From: a virus
Virus genome (UHGV): UHGV-0313708
Strand: one strand, 5' to 3'
Length of the DNA stretch: 18,398 nt
Positions 15,370-18,398 of the stretch are shown here, piece by piece. Each line of letters starts with the position of its first letter. Positions within the stretch are counted from its first letter, which is position 1. The notes below the pieces were generated by a model. It was given only the letters and a program-made list of their open reading frames with translations, did not search any database and was not told where the DNA came from. The translations under genes and the position numbers were made by a program.

Positions 15370-16614
15370 TCAATCAAAATTTTTATGATATGTTTCTGCA
15401 ATGCGATAATACATCATTTCATGACCCCATTTTGTTGGGTGTAAACCGTCTTTCATAGACGATTGTCTAAATTTTTCATTATAAGGATTGATTAATGAAT
15501 CATCATAAGCATTATATAAGGCTAATCCTAAATCTTTAGTTGCTTTCACTTGTGAATCAACATAATTTTTTAATGTGTAACCTTTTTTATTCTTATCTGT
15601 ATCACGTCTTATCACTTTTCCAGTATCATTAACTTTAGCTTGTTTTGTTGGTGTAATCACAATGATTTTAGCATTTGGGTTATTTTCTTTGACCGTTTCA
15701 ACAACCTTATAAAATGCACCGATATAAGTTTTTGTATTTGTAAGTTTATTACCCACTTCAACACCTGCATTTGAATTAAATAACCAATCATCATCAGTAC
15801 CTTGTATAATAACAAGTTCATTATCTTTTAGTTGTTTAGCTTGATTTAATATATTATTGTCTTTAACTTCACTCATTGTAGCACTGCTTACTGATAAGTT
15901 TTGAATTTTTGCACCTGTTTTTTCTTTGATGTAATCACCAAAGTTATATGAAGCATGCGCACCTTTACCCACACTGTCACCAATGATTCCAACAGATTTA
16001 ACATATTGTATTGATGAAACGGGTGTATAGTCTTTCATCACTGTACCATTTAATGTTTTAATGGTTCTTACTTTTGGTGTATTATCTTCTGGTGGTAGGG
16101 GTTTTGTATCAGGTTTCTTATTTGGTGGTGTCACGTTTTGTTCTGTTTTATGTGGGTATGTTCCACTTGCTTTATTATTTTGGTAAATATGCTTATTCTG
16201 ATTGGCTTCATATTCAAATTGATGATACATATATTCATCAATGAGTTGTCCGTCTTTATAAATCAATATATGTGAATCATCATCATTAATTAACCAAATA
16301 TCTGATGTTGTATTTAAAAATAATAAATCCTTAATAGCAATATTTTGATGTTCACGATAATTTCCGTACATATCTTTCTCTAGGAAATAGTCAATCGGTG
16401 TATTTAATGTGATTTCAATTTCTTCTATAACATTAAATAAATCATTTTTGTTTATAATATAGGTTTCTACTACTGCACTATGGTCAAATATCACATATGA
16501 ACCATTATTTGAGTGAAACTTTTCAGATGTTACACCATTACGCCACGCCCAATCAACCAATTCATTTAAATGTAATTTCATTTGATGTTTAATTATCAAA
16601 ATATTTTCCCTCAC
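15370..16614 (-). CDS. Two-domain protein, about 400-414 aa: unknown N-terminal domain, Pro/Lys/Thr linker, C-terminal SGNH/GDSL hydrolase
   Basis: SGNH blocks: I GIIGDSVGKG (Ser nucleophile), III IIQGTDDD, V DGLHPTKWGH (Asp/His). The linker is TPPNKKPDTKPLPPEDNTPK. Start is uncertain: GTG 16614 (track), TTG 16599 with GAGGG 8 nt upstream, or ATG 16581 eight nt after the upstream stop. Confidence 0.75.
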   Translation of the reverse strand: MRENILIIKHQMKLHLNELVDWAWRNGVTSEKFHSNNGSYVIFDHSAVVETYIINKNDLFNVIEEIEITLNTPIDYFLEKDMYGNYREHQNIAIKDLLFLNTTSDIWLINDDDSHILIYKDGQLIDEYMYHQFEYEANQNKHIYQNNKASGTYPHKTEQNVTPPNKKPDTKPLPPEDNTPKVRTIKTLNGTVMKDYTPVSSIQYVKSVGIIGDSVGKGAHASYNFGDYIKEKTGAKIQNLSVSSATMSEVKDNNILNQAKQLKDNELVIIQGTDDDWLFNSNAGVEVGNKLTNTKTYIGAFYKVVETVKENNPNAKIIVITPTKQAKVNDTGKVIRRDTDKNKKGYTLKNYVDSQVKATKDLGLALYNAYDDSLINPYNEKFRQSSMKDGLHPTKWGHEMMYYRIAETYHKNFD

Positions 16615-16834
16615 TTTCTAAATCATTAAGAATACTTGTGATTTCAAATAAAGCATTTTCTAATTTTTCTCTTTGTTCTTTTGTTAAATCATAATCGTTG
16701 AGTGCATTAACAATATTATAATAGGCTTTAATTAAATTCATATAGTCACTCCTTTTATAATTGACTATTAAAACCACTAATAATGCAATTATACCATATA
16801 AACATAATCCAATTGTAACAATTGTACCAAACAT
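16589..16834 (-). CDS. Small membrane protein, 81 aa: N-terminal TM helix plus helical cytoplasmic tail
   Basis: ATG with AAGGGG 8 nt upstream. TM segment FGTIVTIGLCLYGIIALLVVLIVNY, then charged KRSDY and a helical C-terminus (LTKEQREKLENALFEITSILNDLE). The 3' end overlaps the hydrolase gene start. Confidence 0.6.
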   Translation of the reverse strand: MFGTIVTIGLCLYGIIALLVVLIVNYKRSDYMNLIKAYYNIVNALNDYDLTKEQREKLENALFEITSILNDLESEGKYFDN

Positions 16835-16837
16835 AAA

Positions 16838-17047
16838 CTAAACCCCTTTATAAGAATTAACATCAATCACAATATTAATCGTACCGTCTTTATCAGTAAT
16901 TGTTATATACTCACATTCAATATCATCAAAAAATTTTTTTGTACGACTTAAATATTTTTTACTTCTTTGACAAAGTACAACAAATCCTTTATTCATAGCA
17001 TAGGCTTTTTCTAATACATCAATAATACTTTTTTCAAATGCTAACAT
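16838..17047 (-). CDS. Small basic early protein, 69 aa, unknown function
   Basis: ATG at 17047 with GGAG 8 nt upstream. The track's GTG 17056 lies inside the RBS. The gene follows the minus-strand terminator. Confidence 0.5.
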   Translation of the reverse strand: MLAFEKSIIDVLEKAYAMNKGFVVLCQRSKKYLSRTKKFFDDIECEYITITDKDGTINIVIDVNSYKGV

Positions 17048-17064
17048 AATTATCACTCCATAAT

Positions 17065-17103
17065 AAAAAAGGGGACAAAGCCCCTTTATTTAATTTTTAT
17101 TTA
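17065..17103. terminator. Bidirectional intrinsic terminator inside the early region
   Basis: Stem AAAGGGG (17068-17074) / CCCCTTT (17081-17087), loop ACAAAG. The minus strand then reads TTTTTTATTAT and the plus strand TTTATTTAATTTTTATTT. Confidence 0.6.
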
Positions 17104-17147
17104 AAATGGTATATCTTCATCACTAATATCAATTTGACCATTAGCGT

Positions 17148-17185
17148 GAGCGAACGGGTTACGTCGCTCATTTTCTACTTTTTTT
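17148..17185 (+). terminator. Plus-strand terminator-like hairpin overlapping the 3' end of the 146-aa gene
   Basis: GAGCGA(A)CG (17148-17156) / CGTCGCTC (17162-17169), loop GGTTA, followed on the plus strand by ATTTTCTACTTTTTTT. On the minus strand there is no U-run, so there it would only be a 3' stem-loop. Confidence 0.4.
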
Positions 17186-17615
17186 CAGATTCAGGTTCAG
17201 GTTCACGATATAACGGATTACGTTGCTCAGGTTCAGGTTCAACCTCTTGTTTTGTTTTTTCACTAGGTACTAAATTAATACTATGTGATTTACGATTATA
17301 TTTTTTAGATTCAAATTCATAAATTTCAAAATCAAATAAACGTTGATTGATTGCTTCAACCATTTCTTCATCTTTTCTCATATCTTCAATCATTTCTGTT
17401 AAGTGATTAGGTAGATTTACAATATAATCACCACTAATAATAACACCTTGATCACCAAATTTCCCTTTAGTATTAATAAATAGTGCTTCAATAGGGTATG
17501 TTTTTGACATATCCAATTCACCTAGTTTGATGTAATCTCTTTCTTTTTCATTGTCATACTCGAATTTTGCGCCACCGTTTGAATATTTATTTAATAATTC
17601 TTTTACATTTGCCAT
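17175..17615 (-). CDS. Early protein, 146 aa, with acidic Pro/Glu C-terminal tail; candidate single-stranded-DNA-binding protein
   Basis: ATG with AAGGAG 9 nt upstream. The C-terminal EVEPEPEQRNPLYREPEPESEKK is encoded by an exact 15-nt direct repeat (17191-17205 and 17227-17241). An acidic tail plus early position fits an SSB. Assignment is by position and composition only. Confidence 0.4.
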   Translation of the reverse strand: MANVKELLNKYSNGGAKFEYDNEKERDYIKLGELDMSKTYPIEALFINTKGKFGDQGVIISGDYIVNLPNHLTEMIEDMRKDEEMVEAINQRLFDFEIYEFESKKYNRKSHSINLVPSEKTKQEVEPEPEQRNPLYREPEPESEKK

Positions 17616-17629
17616 TGTTAATTTCTCCT

Positions 17630-17845
17630 TTATACTTGTATTTGTAATAATTCATCATATGAAACTGTAATCATTTTTGAAGTTCTTTTACTGTCTAATA
17701 ATGTATGACCTTCTGGAATATGTTGTAATATTTCACGTTTAGTAATTCTATAATCTTGTTTAGGAATAAAAAAGTCATACTCTTCATGTCTATCATTTTT
17801 TGCATAAATCGTAAAACCTTTAATTTCAATATCAATATAATTCAC
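17630..17845 (-). CDS. Small early protein, 71 aa, unknown
   Basis: GTG start with GGAGGTGG 7 nt upstream; an ATG 2 nt earlier runs straight into TGA. Confidence 0.5.
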   Translation of the reverse strand: MNYIDIEIKGFTIYAKNDRHEEYDFFIPKQDYRITKREILQHIPEGHTLLDSKRTSKMITVSYDELLQIQV

Positions 17846-17889
17846 ATAACCACCTCCATTTAGAATATAGTATTAAATCAGTTAGTTAA

Positions 17890-18162
17890 TTAGAATATGT
17901 GTACGTTGTAGTTGTAATAAAACCCTTTATAAAACTGCCATTGATCTAATCCATTATCACCTGCTAAATATTTTAATAATGATTTATCTTCATTTTCATC
18001 ATTAATAAATTTTAATACAGGTTCATTATAGTTGATCAGTAATTGTTGACTTGCAACTAATAAATTATTTGCATTTTCTGATGTATAAAAATCATTCCAT
18101 TGTTGAAGTAAATTAAATAGTTGCAACATTTCCGTATAGGCTTGACCTTTTTCATTTGTCAC
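17890..18162 (-). CDS. First right-end early protein, 90 aa, acidic/helical, unknown
   Basis: GTG start with GGAGGTG 7 nt upstream. It is the first gene downstream of the right-end promoter. Confidence 0.55.
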   Translation of the reverse strand: MTNEKGQAYTEMLQLFNLLQQWNDFYTSENANNLLVASQQLLINYNEPVLKFINDENEDKSLLKYLAGDNGLDQWQFYKGFYYNYNVHIF

Positions 18163-18193
18163 TTTATCTCACCTCCATTTCTAACTTGACTTT

Positions 18194-18222
18194 ATTATAT
18201 AATAGGTGTGAATTTTTTGCAA
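18194..18222 (-). promoter_or_regulatory. Right-end leftward early promoter, sigma-A type: -35 TTGCAA, 17-nt spacer, -10 TATAAT
   Basis: The minus strand reads TTGCAAaaaattcacacctattaTATAATaaagtcaagttagaaatGGAGGTGagataaaGTG. The -35 is at 18217-18222, the -10 at 18194-18199, and the TSS about 18186. Confidence 0.6.
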
Positions 18223-18279
18223 TAGTTTTAACGATATTTTTTGAAAAAAATTTACATTACATATTTAATAGAAATAATG

Positions 18280-18398
18280 ATCGTTTCTTATTCATAATCC
18301 ATCGTTTAATTTTGAATGTATTTTTCTTAACCTTTTACTCAAAATTTCTCTCGCTATGTTCAAAATTCTAGTCTCGTTTTTGGGTGGGGCTGGGGTGA
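18280..18398. repeat. Right inverted terminal repeat (119 bp, perfect)
   Basis: Reverse complement of bases 1-119 with no mismatch. Confidence 0.9.

Noticed and set aside
16967-16995. Perfect TTGACA (16967-16972) on the plus strand with a 17-nt spacer to TATTCA
   Set aside because: The -10 is poor (3/6), it lies antisense inside the 69-aa gene, and TTGACA is expected several times by chance in 18 kb of AT-rich DNA.
12903-17322. Embedded ORFs 12903..13172(+), 15179..15373(-), 17134..17322(+)
   Set aside because: They are inside the polymerase, the 170-aa/SGNH junction and the 146-aa gene respectively, with no translation signals.
18184-18203. Plus-strand TTGACT...TATAAT near the right end
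   Set aside because: The spacer is only 6 nt. The real promoter here is on the minus strand (TTGCAA-17-TATAAT).
1-18398. tRNA genes, CRISPR arrays, integrase/repressor (lysogeny) module, transposase
   Set aside because: No cloverleaf-capable GC-rich 70-90-nt segments and no regularly spaced direct repeats were seen. No ORF has integrase, recombinase or HTH-repressor character. The coding capacity is fully used by the lytic gene set.

Overview
The whole 18,398-bp window reads as one complete linear genome of a small phi29-like podophage (Picovirinae) of the staphylococcal 44AHJD/P68/Andhra type. The DNA is AT-rich, roughly 30% GC by eye, and is bounded by a perfect 119-bp inverted terminal repeat (1..119 is the reverse complement of 18280..18398). 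Coding density is very high: about 20 genes with only about 700 nt of non-coding DNA. A left arm of 11 rightward late genes (212..11069) encodes an acidic head-morphogenesis protein, a small protein, the major capsid protein, portal, lower collar, a beta-helix tail fibre, an amidase_2+SH3b endolysin, a coiled-coil tail-tip candidate, the tail knob, a holin, and a virion tail lysin with a C-terminal CHAP domain. A right arm of 9 leftward early genes (18162..11177) encodes three small immediate-early proteins including an SSB-like one, a small basic protein, a single-TM membrane protein, a two-domain SGNH/GDSL hydrolase, a basic candidate terminal protein, the phi29 gp16-like encapsidation ATPase, and a protein-primed family-B DNA polymerase. 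The two arms converge on a bidirectional terminator at about 11.17-11.20 kb. Promoters appear as extended -10 elements (TGnTATAAT) that fall only in the small intergenic fraction. One of these initiates inside a terminator hairpin. Another would drive a roughly 105-nt transcript that may be a leaderless 24-codon micro-ORF or an sRNA. I see no tRNA, CRISPR, integrase or repressor module, so the phage looks strictly lytic. All product calls are made from motifs and gene order read by eye; no database search was possible.
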